A stretch of 64,000 bases of DNA. Source: Eledone cirrhosa. Its lineage: Eukaryota. This document shows, piece by piece, positions 1-10,603 of this stretch. A program made the translations under genes and the position numbers. The notes under the pieces were generated by a model that saw only the letters and a program-made list of their open reading frames with translations, had not been told where the DNA came from and searched no databases. Position 1 is the stretch's first letter; each line of letters starts with the position of its first letter. Where the stretch lies: NCBI GenBank assembly GCA_964016885.1, contig OZ024740.1, positions 26,474,001 to 26,538,000 of the forward strand, written 5' to 3'.

Positions 1-122
1 AAAGGCTTATTACAAGTGATTTTTACCGTTACTGTATAGAAAACAATATCTACAGGTTTAGCAATTAAGTAGAAAAAAACCTAAGTCAGAATCAAATAAC
101 TGAAGTAGGGTTTTAAATTACT

Positions 123-232
123 AACCTTATAACTATCCACATTGCTGACTGATGAACCTGTGGCTGTTAAACTGCACATTTCTGTGGCGAAACGAACTTA
201 ATTCGTATCAGCAAACTTATAGTTATAAGGTT
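123..232 (+). ncRNA. Type I hammerhead ribozyme with extended stem I
   Basis: ttgctga(142-148)-CTGATGA(149-155)-stem II-GAAA(189-192)-cgaa/cttaa/ttcg-TA^-tcagcaa(208-214). The distal helix aaccttataactat (123-136) is the exact reverse complement of atagttataaggtt (219-232). GUA site ends at 207. The closing pair of stem II is an A-C mismatch. Confidence 0.8.
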
Positions 233-265
233 CTGTTTACCTTTTACATACATACGTAGAATCGT

Positions 266-360
266 GACGTATCTGAGGACCTTGCGATTGCAGAGTCAGA
301 TTCGATCATTACCTCGATCCTGCCTCGAGCTGGTCGCCAGAGAAACGATTGTAATATGTC
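266..360 (+). ncRNA. Type I hammerhead ribozyme with long stem II and minimal stem III
   Basis: gacgtat-CTGAGGA(273-279)-[cttgcgatt...ggtcgccag stem II]-GAAA(342-345)-c-gatt-g-TA^-atatgtc. Stem I is 7 bp with one G-U. The stem II closing pair is a C-A mismatch. Confidence 0.7.
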
Positions 361-494
361 TAATAAATCTTATTCGTCGCACCACTGATTCTCCGTGTCT
401 TATGTCATATCATACACTGCTCTGTAAGAGTGCTCAAACGGCCTACCGCTTACGGACGCTTTAGGCATCCCACACCAATTATATATATATATAT

Positions 495-740
495 CACCTT
501 GACCGACCAGTCTGTCGGGCGTCAATCGGCGCCGCTGGTCACATGTCGTGCTGTTTTAGCTATAAGATAACCCCATCGCACTGGCTGGACGGGCAGACTG
601 TTACTCATTTCTACAGCTGAGTAAACTGGAGCAACGTAAAATAAAGTGTCTTTCTCAAGAAAACAACACATCCCCCGGTCCGAGAGTCGAACCCAGATCT
701 TTGGTTATCCAGACCACTGTGCTACCATTACACCAACACA
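495..740 (-). mobile_element. tRNA-derived SINE with CORE-like central domain
   Basis: Minus strand has A box tggtgtaatgg and B box ggttcgactc, then cttgagaaagacactttattttacgttgctccagtttactcagctg, which is shared with the copy at 41400-41742. Confidence 0.75.
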
Positions 741-840
741 TCACCCATCTCCTTCCATTCAAATTAGAAGCTACATTCTTAGCGAGTATAAATGACAAGT
801 AAGTATGTTTTGAAACAGTGAGCAGATTTGAAATTAGAGA

Positions 841-1024
841 ATAGAATAGCTTTCACCGTATTTTTGACTAAAGAAATTTTAGCCTGATAATGGAGTTTAG
901 AACCCTCAGATAAATGGAAAAATATGTACGTCAATACTCATCTTTTTCCATTTATCTGAGAGTTCTAAATCCCATTATCAGACTAAAATTTCTTTAGTCA
1001 AAAATACGGTGAAAGCTATTCTAT
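841..1024. repeat. Inverted repeat, ~85-bp arms with ~12-bp spacer
   Basis: atagaatagctttcaccgtatttttgactaaagaaatttt... is reverse-complemented at ...aaaatttctttagtcaaaaatacggtgaaagctattctat with a few mismatches. Confidence 0.95.
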
Positions 1025-1028
1025 ATAT

Positions 1029-1082
1029 ATAGTCTATCAAAGTTCTTTCGTTACACATGTGCAACATCATCAGTGGTACTAT
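1029..1082 (-). ncRNA. Minimal hammerhead-like motif (Penelope pLTR type)
   Basis: Minus strand: atagtacca-CTGATGA-t-gttgca/catg/tgtaac-GAAA-gaac-TT-tgatagactat. The 3' half is the same as in the motif at 9609-9651. Confidence 0.6.
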
Positions 1083-1114
1083 TATGTTTCCTCCTGTTGT
1101 ATTGTATGTCTACT

Positions 1115-1196
<82 letters not shown>

Positions 1197-1457
1197 CGAA
1201 GTAACTGTTACAGCATATGTACAAACTATATGTGCGTATTACAATTGTTTCGATATCGATCATCTTCGGTTACAATCAAACATTAGATGTGGCTCTGCAC
1301 ATATATGCTCGCTACCTGACGAGCCATCGAAAAAGAGTCGGGGCGCATCACCTTAATTGTACCCAGATCGATATCGAAAAATATTGTAATATGCAAATAA
1401 CGTTTGTACACATGCTGCACTACACTGACTCACTCTCTCTCTCATCCCTCTCTCGCT

Positions 1458-1523
<66 letters not shown>

Positions 1524-1656
1524 TATATACATATATATATATGTGTAGGTGTGTGTGTATGTGTGTCTGTGTGCGCGTGCGTGTGTGTGTGCGCGTATGT
1601 CTCTCTCTCTCTCTATATATATAGAGTATATATATATATATACATATATATATATA

Positions 1657-1844
1657 ATTGTTTCTACTTTAGGCACAAGGCCAGCAATTACCCAGTGCAT
1701 TACTGGTACTTTATTTTATCGACCCCGTAAGGATGAAAGGCAAAATTAACCTCGGCGGGATTTGAACTCAGTCCGTAAAGGGACGTAACTATGCTGCAAA
1801 GCATGGCGTCCGACCCTCTACCGATACTGCCAATCCACCGCCCT
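1657..1844 (-). mobile_element. tRNA-derived SINE with Nin-like domain
   Basis: A box tggcagtatcgg, B box gagttcaaatcc, central gcctttcatccttacggggtcgataaaataaagtaccag. Many copies in the window. Confidence 0.9.
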
Positions 1845-2289
1845 TACATACATATATATATATAATGCTTAGAAAGTGTATAATCAAGCTCCTTATTCTA
1901 TACGCCCACAGTTATATTCTGTGTTTGAGATTTCTACATATTCTAAGAATTTCAATATATTCAACGCTTCAATAACTCATTTTCGAAATATCTTAATGAT
2001 ATATATGTTGAATACCTGCAGGTAAGGAAAATACAAATAAGTCTATCATGATTCCGCCTGGATAAAGATATATATCTTCTACAATTAAGAAAGAAGTGAT
2101 GTGAAGAATTGAAAACAATAGACGTCGGTAGGCTTACTGGAATTTCTTAATGAAGAATTGGTCAATTTCTAGCACTCCTTCGAAATTTATGGAATCAAGA
2201 TCAAAACACAAAGAAAAATCCACAAAATCTTTGAGAGGAATATAATTGGAATTCAAAGTGTAACATTTTCTTAACTCACAGCTCTTAAA

Positions 2290-4680
2290 TTCATTTTTCA
2301 AGATGGGATAAGACAATAGAGAAGTAAATAAAATAGAAACTACAGCCCAAAGGTACTTATAAAACTATGGATTCATATCAAACCAACACGCATAAACCGA
2401 CATAGTTGAAGTAGGAGGACGGAGAAGCGGCTAAAATAGAGAATACAACACAGAGAATATGGAACATTAATGAACACACACAAAGGAAAACAGATATCCT
2501 AGACAGAAATGACGAGAACGTAATACTGTAAAGACCTTTTTTTAAAGAGGACATATTGCAACCGGACTCTAGATCACATGAAACTAAGGAACTAGATGTA
2601 TTTGGCTCAAATGTTAACCCTAACGACATAACATTTTCGAAACTAAACCTAAACAAAAGTAAAATTGACCTTGTTTTTTGCAGTTTCAAATTAATTCAGA
2701 GATAATCATATCATATAACTGAACAAAAAGCAAATATTCAAGGCTTCAGTCGGTATTTAGGTCAGGGAGAAGTAATCCCATCAGACATTGAAAACCGACA
2801 AACTAAAAGAAACTGACGAAAACATGGTATTTGTCGTTATGGTTAAGGTATTTTAGAAAGATACAATACAAGAAGAAATAATTGTTTATACTTTTGGAAC
2901 AAGGCCAGCAATTATTCCAGTGCATTACTTGTACTTTATTTTATCGACCCCGTAAGGGTGAAAGGCAAAGTTAACCTCGGCGGTATTTGAACTCTGAACA
3001 CAAAGGGCCGTAACTCTTTGCTGCAAAGCTTGGCGCCCGGCCTTCTACCGATACTGCCATCCACAAGAAGAAATACTGATGTCTGGACAAAATGAAACCA
3101 GTATTCAAACGACTCTCCGATTCATTTACTGACAAATAAATTCAGTACTTATGCAACTTCTATGTTAGGCAAATCCACTTTCATGCATTAACAAAAATTT
3201 GTTAAATTTCCAAATCGCAGGAAGTTATTGATAATCAAAATAACTAATACATACAATTAGTGTTAGCAGCTGATCTCAAATGGAAACCAATTGTTACAGG
3301 ACTACCACCTCCAACACATCGTCTGATTTAATTTATATCTGCTTATGTCAGTGGTTCACAAACTGGGTTGTCATGGTATAATATGATTGAAATTTTAAAT
3401 CTAAGAAGCAATTTTTCTTGAATAAACATTTTAAGGCCTTTGTCAGACACTTGCAATTGCGTTAATTTACTAACAGCTGCGTGATTTCAAATCAATTCTG
3501 TATTACTGATGAGGTATCTATTTGAATAAGTACATATTCAACAATTGTTTCTATAAAAACCCATATCCAATTAGCAAAACCTCTTTAGAAAGCATTGAAC
3601 ATGATAGCTATTTGGGGCATTTTGATACTACTTAAATCAATCGTAGTTACAATTGTCATGCACATTTCATAAAATGTTGTCTTTGAAAAATTGTGGAAAT
3701 GCTGACATAATATGATAGGGGGCTGCGAGTCATCCAATAAATGGTAAGGGGACCGCTGAGAAAACATTTGAAAAGGTTTGGTAACCACTGGCTTATGTAC
3801 GTAGATACGTTGTTATGTACGAGATGACACTGATCTATTTAAACACATCCCAACGACACTCCCAATGGAATTATTTGAGCAGCATTCGACGTAACAATTT
3901 TTACACTAACATAACCCACCCGTTATGATTAAAAACAACCAAATACTGGATAGTAAGCCACAGGGATATTGTAATTGTACGCTTCAAAGCGGATCTCATT
4001 ATCAAAGTTCTAAACCTAGTATTAAAAGACAACATATTTAACTTTGAAGGTAAAAAGCATAGACAAACAAAAAGAAGGGTAATGGAACCAAAATGGGAGA
4101 GCCTTCTTATGCTAACCTTGGGATGAGGTTTCCAGAAGAGAAATTATATTACGAAACATTTGGACAAAATTTCAAAGAATATATTATCGCAGAGTCGAAC
4201 AATTTAAAAACGAAAACGAAACTTCTTTGAAATAAAATAAAAAATGCCTGCAATACAGATATTTCTATATATTATGTAGTCTGCTTCGACTACAAAGATT
4301 AATATATTGATCATAAGAGTAAGTCTTTGTATGAACGAGTTAAATAAAGTACACCGACAACAGATGCAAAAACCGAAACTATGGAAAATCCCACTAAACG
4401 AACCTTTTGAAATATACAGAAACAACAAATTCAAAATATTGCCTATTTATAAATGTTCAAGGGATTAATTAAATACCAATTGGAAATGGAGAAATATTTT
4501 AAGAGAGAATCCAGTCCGAAATTAAAACGGAACAGCTCTACTTAAAAAGAGCTGAAAATAGACACAGGAAACTAAAAGTTTGACGATCGTTTTAATAACA
4601 ATTTTACATAGAATAAAGTTATTAAATTTCTCTTTTGATAAGACTCGTGAAAGACGAAAGCGTTAAATTCAAATTCTGAA
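2290..4680 (+). pseudogene. Decayed Penelope-like element (RT and endonuclease remnants), interrupted by a SINE; boundaries approximate
   Basis: Frameshifted PLE RT motifs: FDV..YTNI-like near 3885-3915 and G..MG..PSYANL.M..EE-like near 4070-4145. A degenerate HHR-like string (ttgataa...gacGAAAgcgtTA) lies near 4635-4666. Confidence 0.65.
2881..3062 (-). mobile_element. Nin-like SINE with 13-bp target-site duplication
   Basis: Same family as 1657-1844. acaagaagaaata occurs at 2868-2880 and 3063-3075. Confidence 0.9.
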
Positions 4681-4788
4681 CTTTTTACCTAACTGATAAT
4701 CAAACTTTTATTAGACATTCTGACATATCTTAGAAATATGTTTTTCTGTACACACGGAAAACATTCATATCTATATCTATATATATAA

Positions 4789-4824
<36 letters not shown>

Positions 4825-4880
4825 TTATATATATAGATATAGATATGTATATATATATACATATATATATACATATATAG

Positions 4881-4973
<93 letters not shown>

Positions 4974-5113
4974 CGCGCGTATGCGTGTGTGTGCGTGCGT
5001 GTATGTGTGCGAGTGTGTATGTGTGTGTTTATGTGCGTGTTTTTCTGTTTGTATGCGTTTCCGTGTTCTCGTGAACGTTGAATTGTGTCTGATTAAACAT
5101 ACATATACATACA

Positions 5114-5219
<106 letters not shown>

Positions 5220-5649
5220 TATATGTATATATATATGTATATATGTATGTATATGTATATTCACATCATATATCTTAGTTAGTTCATTACGAGTATAGCG
5301 GATATGGTCAAATGGTTGATAGATAGAAGCGCTAATTTAGTGAAGTGACTTCGCAAATGAAGCAGCGTCAATCTGTCTAGAGATAACTATTGAAATGAAT
5401 GTTTATTTCTCTTGTTAAGAATAGTCACAATCTATTAGTGAATGGCTAATTTTGATTAGTAATTTACTACGTACCCTGCTAACGACTTGAAACTCTCCAT
5501 TCGCAGAGGAGAATATGTGTGTTGTTATGTGATATGTAGTGTGAGGTGAGAGTTATGATGTGATTTCTGTGTACAGTATCTCATAGAATATAGTAGAACT
5601 GGTTCAAACTATGAAAGTAATTATTGTTGTTTTTGTTATTGGGGCTGAT

Positions 5650-5945
5650 TATCTCTAGTTCAAGTTCAACCCTCATCGAACGGAACTATATTTATAAATA
5701 TTCCAGACGTGACAATCCTATATTTTACACATAGGATACTATCATCACCATCGCTTTAATGCTTCCTGGAGGTAGATTTTCTCACAGATGCACGATACCA
5801 TCTTCAACTGATATTCGAGTTTATAGACGATAGATTAAACGGGTTAAATCAGGAGCAGTTTGCCAGAGTTACCACAGAGTGCTATATTTGAACTCCGAAC
5901 ATGAAGAGTCGCCAGTAATACCGCAACAAATTTTGACAAATGCGT
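5650..5945 (-). mobile_element. Old degenerate SINE remnant(s)
   Basis: B-box-like tttgaactc near 5887-5895. The 5' part resembles 62630-62695. Confidence 0.4.
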
Positions 5946-6167
5946 TGTTTTCTGAAGTAGATTATCGATTTTGCAACCCACTCTCTAATATTTGTTTACC
6001 TCTTGCGTAACAGCGATTAGGTCCGATTGAAGTTATGTCCGCTCGTTTACTCCGATGATCAATTTCTGAAGCTTACAGCTATCCTCACATTATTTGTTGT
6101 GTTTGATGACGTATATGTTGTCATTAATAGATCCCGAAAAAGCATGCACACAACATATTATTTGGTG

Positions 6168-6340
6168 TGGCGGTGAATTGGCAGTATCGGTGGAGGGTCG
6201 GACACCATGCTTTCCAGAAGAGTTACGTCTCTTTACGGTCTGAGTTCAAATCCCGTTAAGGTCAACTTTGCGGCGTCGATAAAATAAAGTACCAGTAATG
6301 CACTGAGTAAATGCTGGCCTTGTGCCAAAAGTAGAAACAA
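6168..6340 (+). mobile_element. Nin-like SINE with 15-bp target-site duplication
   Basis: A and B boxes present. attatttggtgtggc occurs at 6157-6171 and 6340-6354. Confidence 0.9.
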
Positions 6341-6884
6341 TTATTTGGTGTGGCACCAGAATAAGATATTCTGACCTTCATTGCAATACTTCGATGGCAA
6401 CATGCTGGGTTCTCTTGAAGTGGAATCACTAAAGCCACAGCAGTAGCTTCTCACAGACTATAATGCTAAAATGCCTTTCAACGTGATTACGTTATCGATT
6501 ATTTCAAAGACAATGTGGAAGCCAAGGTGTATAATATCTGTGATGAAGCTCTCTTCCAAAACGTTTAGAATATGATCCCCAAATCAGGGCAAATCACTCA
6601 CATCGAGATCAATAAATGGAGCAGTATTGCCTCTGTAGATTCTTTCTCGTGGTTTTAGCATTGTTATGATGAAAATTATTTTCATCAATCTTGGAAGAAC
6701 TGGGTGAGAGAGCGAGAATATTTTTATTCTAAAAGATGACAAGAACAGTTTCAGATGATGTTAAATTGCTCAATGACAAAGTCCTTCTCCTCTCAACTTC
6801 CATTATTTGTGATAGTTTTCATACCGGTCAGAAGATAATGTTTTTTTCTGTTAAATCGGAGTTTTGCTGTTGACAGCTGTAGAT

Positions 6885-7062
6885 TGGCAGTTCGGTGGAG
6901 CGTCGGCAAGTATGACTTGTGGCATAGACTTAAGGCTTGCTACGTTCTGAATTCAAATCTTACGGTGTCGATAAATAAAGTGCCAGTAATGTACTGGGGT
7001 CATGTCAATCGATGTTCCTCTTCCCGAATATTGTTGGCCTTGCAGCTAAATCAGAAACCAAT
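6885..7062 (+). mobile_element. Diverged, internally deleted Nin-like SINE
   Basis: ttggcagttcggtggagcgtcgg...ctgaattcaaat...gtcgataaataaagtgccagtaatg. Confidence 0.7.
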
Positions 7063-7206
7063 AGTTTAGTTTGTTGATATAGTTTTTAGCTCAATTCTGT
7101 CTTTCGAAAATTTGTTTCCCTCTTTCTTTATTTTTCTTTCTCTCTCAGTCTCTCTCTATCTCTCGGTCTCTCTCCCTCTCTCTCTTTCTCTATCACTCTC
7201 TCTTTC

Positions 7207-7278
<72 letters not shown>

Positions 7279-7298
7279 AATATATATATATTTAAATA

Positions 7299-7369
<71 letters not shown>

Positions 7370-7438
7370 AAGGTTTAGCAAATAATGAAAAAGTTTCAAA
7401 ATAAATTTAAAAAGAAATTGACTTTACCTACTATAGTT

Positions 7439-7522
7439 ACCTTTACCGATCGGTTTCGAATCCCAAAAATAAAACGGAGACCATACGGCCTTCGTTGCAA
7501 AGAAAGATTCTCGTCAGAAGGT
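7439..7522 (-). ncRNA. Type I hammerhead ribozyme, array copy 1
   Basis: Minus strand: acctt-CTGACGA-gaatctt...gggattc-GAAA-ccgatcgg-TA^-aaggt. Canonical core, G-C closing pair of stem II, palindromic stem III (accgatcggt). Predicted cut between 7444 and 7443. Confidence 0.9.
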
Positions 7523-7922
7523 TCTTTTCATTCAAAGAATATAAAATTCCTGAATTTAAATCACAAACTAGCGCTATCAAAACTGTTCCTGGGATGAGAG
7601 TGGATGGTGTAGAAACAGGTTTATCAAGGGCCGAAGCAAAGATAGAGGCAAAAGGAGGTAGGTCGAACTAGCCACTGCTATTGCTAGCAGCAGTCAGAAC
7701 AACCAAATTTGTTCTCAACATTAGTGGAGGTAGTAGTAATAGGAAATACGTTCCTTCACGCACAAGGCGCCAAGGTACGCATGTATTGTCCAACCAAATG
7801 CCAGTGTGGTTCAATGGCGGGTTAATAAATTAACGAGCCAGAACAAATATAAACAAGGTTTAGCAAATAATGAAAAAGTTTCAAAATAAATTTTAAAAAA
7901 ATTGACTTTACCTACTATAGTT

Positions 7923-8006
7923 ACCTTTACCGATCGGTTTCGAATCCCAAAAATAAAACGGAGACCATACGGCCTTCGTTGCAAAGAAAGATTCTCGTCA
8001 GAAGGT
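7923..8006 (-). ncRNA. Type I hammerhead ribozyme, array copy 2
   Basis: Identical to 7439-7522. Predicted cut between 7928 and 7927. Confidence 0.9.
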
Positions 8007-8406
8007 TCTTTTCATTCAAAGAATATAAAATTCCTGAATTTAAATCACAAACTAGCGCTATCAAAACTGTTCCTGGGATGAGAGTGGATGATGTAGAAAC
8101 AGGTTTATCAAGGGCCGAAGCAAAGATAGAGGCAAAAGGAGGTAGGTCGAACTAGCCACAGCTATTGCTAGCAGCAGTCAGAACAACCAAATTTGTTCTC
8201 AACATTAGTGGAGGTAGTAGTAATAGGAAATACGTTCCTTCACGCACAAGGCGCCAAGGTACGCATGTATTGTCCAACCAAATGCCAGTGTGGTTCAATG
8301 GCTGGTTAATAAATTAACGAGCCAGAACAAATATAAACAAGGTTTAGCAAATAATGAAAAAGTTTCAAAATAAATTTAAAAAAAATTGACTTTACCTACT
8401 ATAGTT

Positions 8407-8487
8407 ACCTTTACCGATCGGTTTCGAATCCCAAAAATAAAACGGAGACCATACGGCCTTCGTTGCAAAGAAAGATTCTCGTCAGAA
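8407..8487 (-). ncRNA. Type I hammerhead ribozyme, array copy 3, with truncated 5' strand of stem I
   Basis: Identical core. The array stops 2 nt upstream of CTGACGA. Confidence 0.75.
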
Positions 8488-8746
8488 TATATATATGTGT
8501 GTGTGTGTATATCTTGGTAAGCTGAGTCTAGTTCAGATAAGGATTCGTGATGGAGTGTGGTAGAGCATATGTTGATGTGAGTATCTTTGAAAACGACCCG
8601 GATACTTTGATATCAACGTGAGTGGTTTAATAAGTCCAATCTATAAGTGTTAGTTCGTGTATAATTGCAACCCATATAGAAATGTGCAGATCATGTTGTC
8701 ACATGTGGAGGCGATATCATGCACACATACATACGCACACACAAAC

Positions 8747-8778
<32 letters not shown>

Positions 8779-8855
8779 ATGGGTGTGTGCGTGCGTGTGT
8801 ACTAACACATAGCCACACACACATGTATATAAGTGTATATATATAAATATATATA

Positions 8856-8888
<33 letters not shown>

Positions 8889-9083
8889 TTCGTTTCTGAA
8901 TTTGTTTAGCAAGATTCTTTATCTGAAAACGTGTGTTGTTATACTTTGGGAGGGTCATGTTGCCAATAAGAAACACACGCACAAATTTAGGAATTTATAA
9001 ATTTCCGGTTGGTTGGTTCCACAACCAGATGGTTGTTTATATATTGTCAAAGTTCTTTCGTCACTCATTCTGTGACCTCTTGA

Positions 9084-9407
9084 AATGTAGTATATAGCAT
9101 AAGATGTACTGAAGGACAATGTAGAGACAAAAATATAGTGTACATAGCTGAGACAGCTCGTAGTGTAGGAGAACGGATAAATGAACACTGACGAGACCTT
9201 CAAGATAGTAAAGAATCAACTGTACTCTACCAACATGCTAAAATAGAACATAAGGGTAAATTAGAGAACATAGAAATAAAAATAGAATCTACACACAGAA
9301 AAGACGCAATGTTTAGACAAATCACAGAGGCAATAAACATAAAAGAATTACAACCAAAATTAAATAGAAAACATGAGTGGAACAGCAACATCACAAATTA
9401 CAATTAA
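9084..9407 (+). pseudogene. GIY-YIG endonuclease C-terminal fragment of a Penelope-like element (one in-frame stop)
   Basis: Manual translation: NVVYSIRCTEGQCRDKNIVYIAETARSVGERINEH*RDLQ...RQITEAINIKELQPKLNRKHEWN. TGA at 9189-9191. Absent from the ORF track. Confidence 0.9.
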
Positions 9408-9608
9408 GGACAAAATGAAAACACACACGCACATAGAACAAACAACCAACCTGTAACATGTAAATAAACAAATAAATAAACGAATATAAACACACACAGA
9501 CACCCGGATGTGGCGCATGCGCAGACTGAGCACACAAGACACACACAGAAACAAGATGGCGTAGGACAGAACAGAGGAGAGGCACAAAAACAAAGAAAAG
9601 AATCCCCA

Positions 9609-9651
9609 GTCACTGAAAAGTTCACAGAATGTGTGACGAAAGAACTTTGAC
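9609..9651 (+). ncRNA. Degenerate minimal hammerhead in the pLTR
   Basis: gtca-CTGAAAA-gttcaca/gaatg/tgtgac-GAAA-gaac-TT-tgac. G8 is replaced by A, so it is probably inactive. Confidence 0.6.
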
Positions 9652-9797
9652 AATATATAAACAACCATCTGGTTGTGGAACCAACCAACCAACCGGAAAT
9701 TTATAAATTCCTAAATTTATAAATTTATTATAATAAATTGAAGTGAATGCAGCTGGTGCGTGTGTTTCTTATTGGCAACATGACCCTCCCAAAGTAT

Positions 9798-9837
<40 letters not shown>

Positions 9838-9920
9838 AGAGAGAGAGAAGGATGAAGAAAACGATAGATAGATAAATAGATAGATGACAGATAGATATCT
9901 TTCATTATAGATAGATATAT

Positions 9921-10440
9921 TTCTTTATTTGCCACAATGGCGCACAAGAAAAGGGGACAATACAAAGACACATGCCGGGGATTTTACATACAGTCGTGTA
10001 AAAATATTGAAACAACCAATTACAACAATCGAAATCCCCAATGGGGGGAGGCGTTACGAATGGGTTGTTTAATACCCCGTCGATAGAACAACCCTCAATT
10101 TCAGGAGCGTGTTGTGCGAGGGTTCCCTTCTTCCATTTGCTCTCTTCTTTAACCTATAGGCTTATAAACAGAGAAGACCCAATCACTCGGGCCATTTTCG
10201 GTAAATTTACTGGGCTGCAGTGCCTCTCTCTCGACTCTGATTCCCCTTCTAATGTGGTACCTAAAGAAGGGAATCAATTGCTGCCCGGAAAGAAAGGCAG
10301 CTGTCCTCAGTCCTCTCAATCTCGTCCACCATATAACCTGTTTCACCATAGCCACTGTACAGAGGAAAATCGCCTATCTTTCGTTTTTGAAAGAGGCTGG
10401 CGGTTTGATCCTTACTATGGACTCGGCAGTCAACTTGATA
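9921..10440 (-). mobile_element. 3' fragment of Tx1/L1-like LINE lying in (GATA)n
   Basis: ORF 10149-10355 (VIWWTRLRG...RRGIRVEREAL) matches the ORF2 C-terminus of the element at ~61440-61676. Its 3' UTR is homologous to 10605-10850. Confidence 0.8.
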
Positions 10441-10492
10441 GAAAGATAGATAGATAGCACACAGACGGGTAGATAGATAGATATATAGATAA

Positions 10493-10560
<68 letters not shown>

Positions 10561-10603
10561 CAGACATACAGATAGATAGATATATAGATAGATAGATAGA
10601 TAT

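Larger units (their letters stand above)
7366..8487 (-). mobile_element. Tandem array of a ~484-bp non-coding unit (2.3 copies), one hammerhead per unit; retrozyme-like or Penelope pLTR-like
   Basis: Units start at 7366, 7851 and 8335 and differ at only a few positions. Both ends abut TA repeats. No substantial ORF. Confidence 0.85.
8936..9802 (+). mobile_element. 5'-truncated Penelope-like element with inverted pLTR at the 5' junction
   Basis: 8936-9080 is the reverse complement of ~9620-9802 (the right copy has ~37 bp extra). The repeats enclose a GIY-YIG fragment. Confidence 0.9.

Noticed and set aside
1051-1749. YIYI, CVCV and SLSL ORFs here and throughout the window
   Set aside because: Translations of dinucleotide microsatellites.
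1657-1844. tRNA genes
   Set aside because: The A and B boxes belong to SINE heads. No cloverleaf with an acceptor stem.
3505-3560. CTGATGA box
   Set aside because: No correctly placed GAAA, stem III or stem I.
6360-6870. Possible DNA transposase relic on the minus strand (HVERHFS-like)
   Set aside because: One weak motif and no frame continuity.
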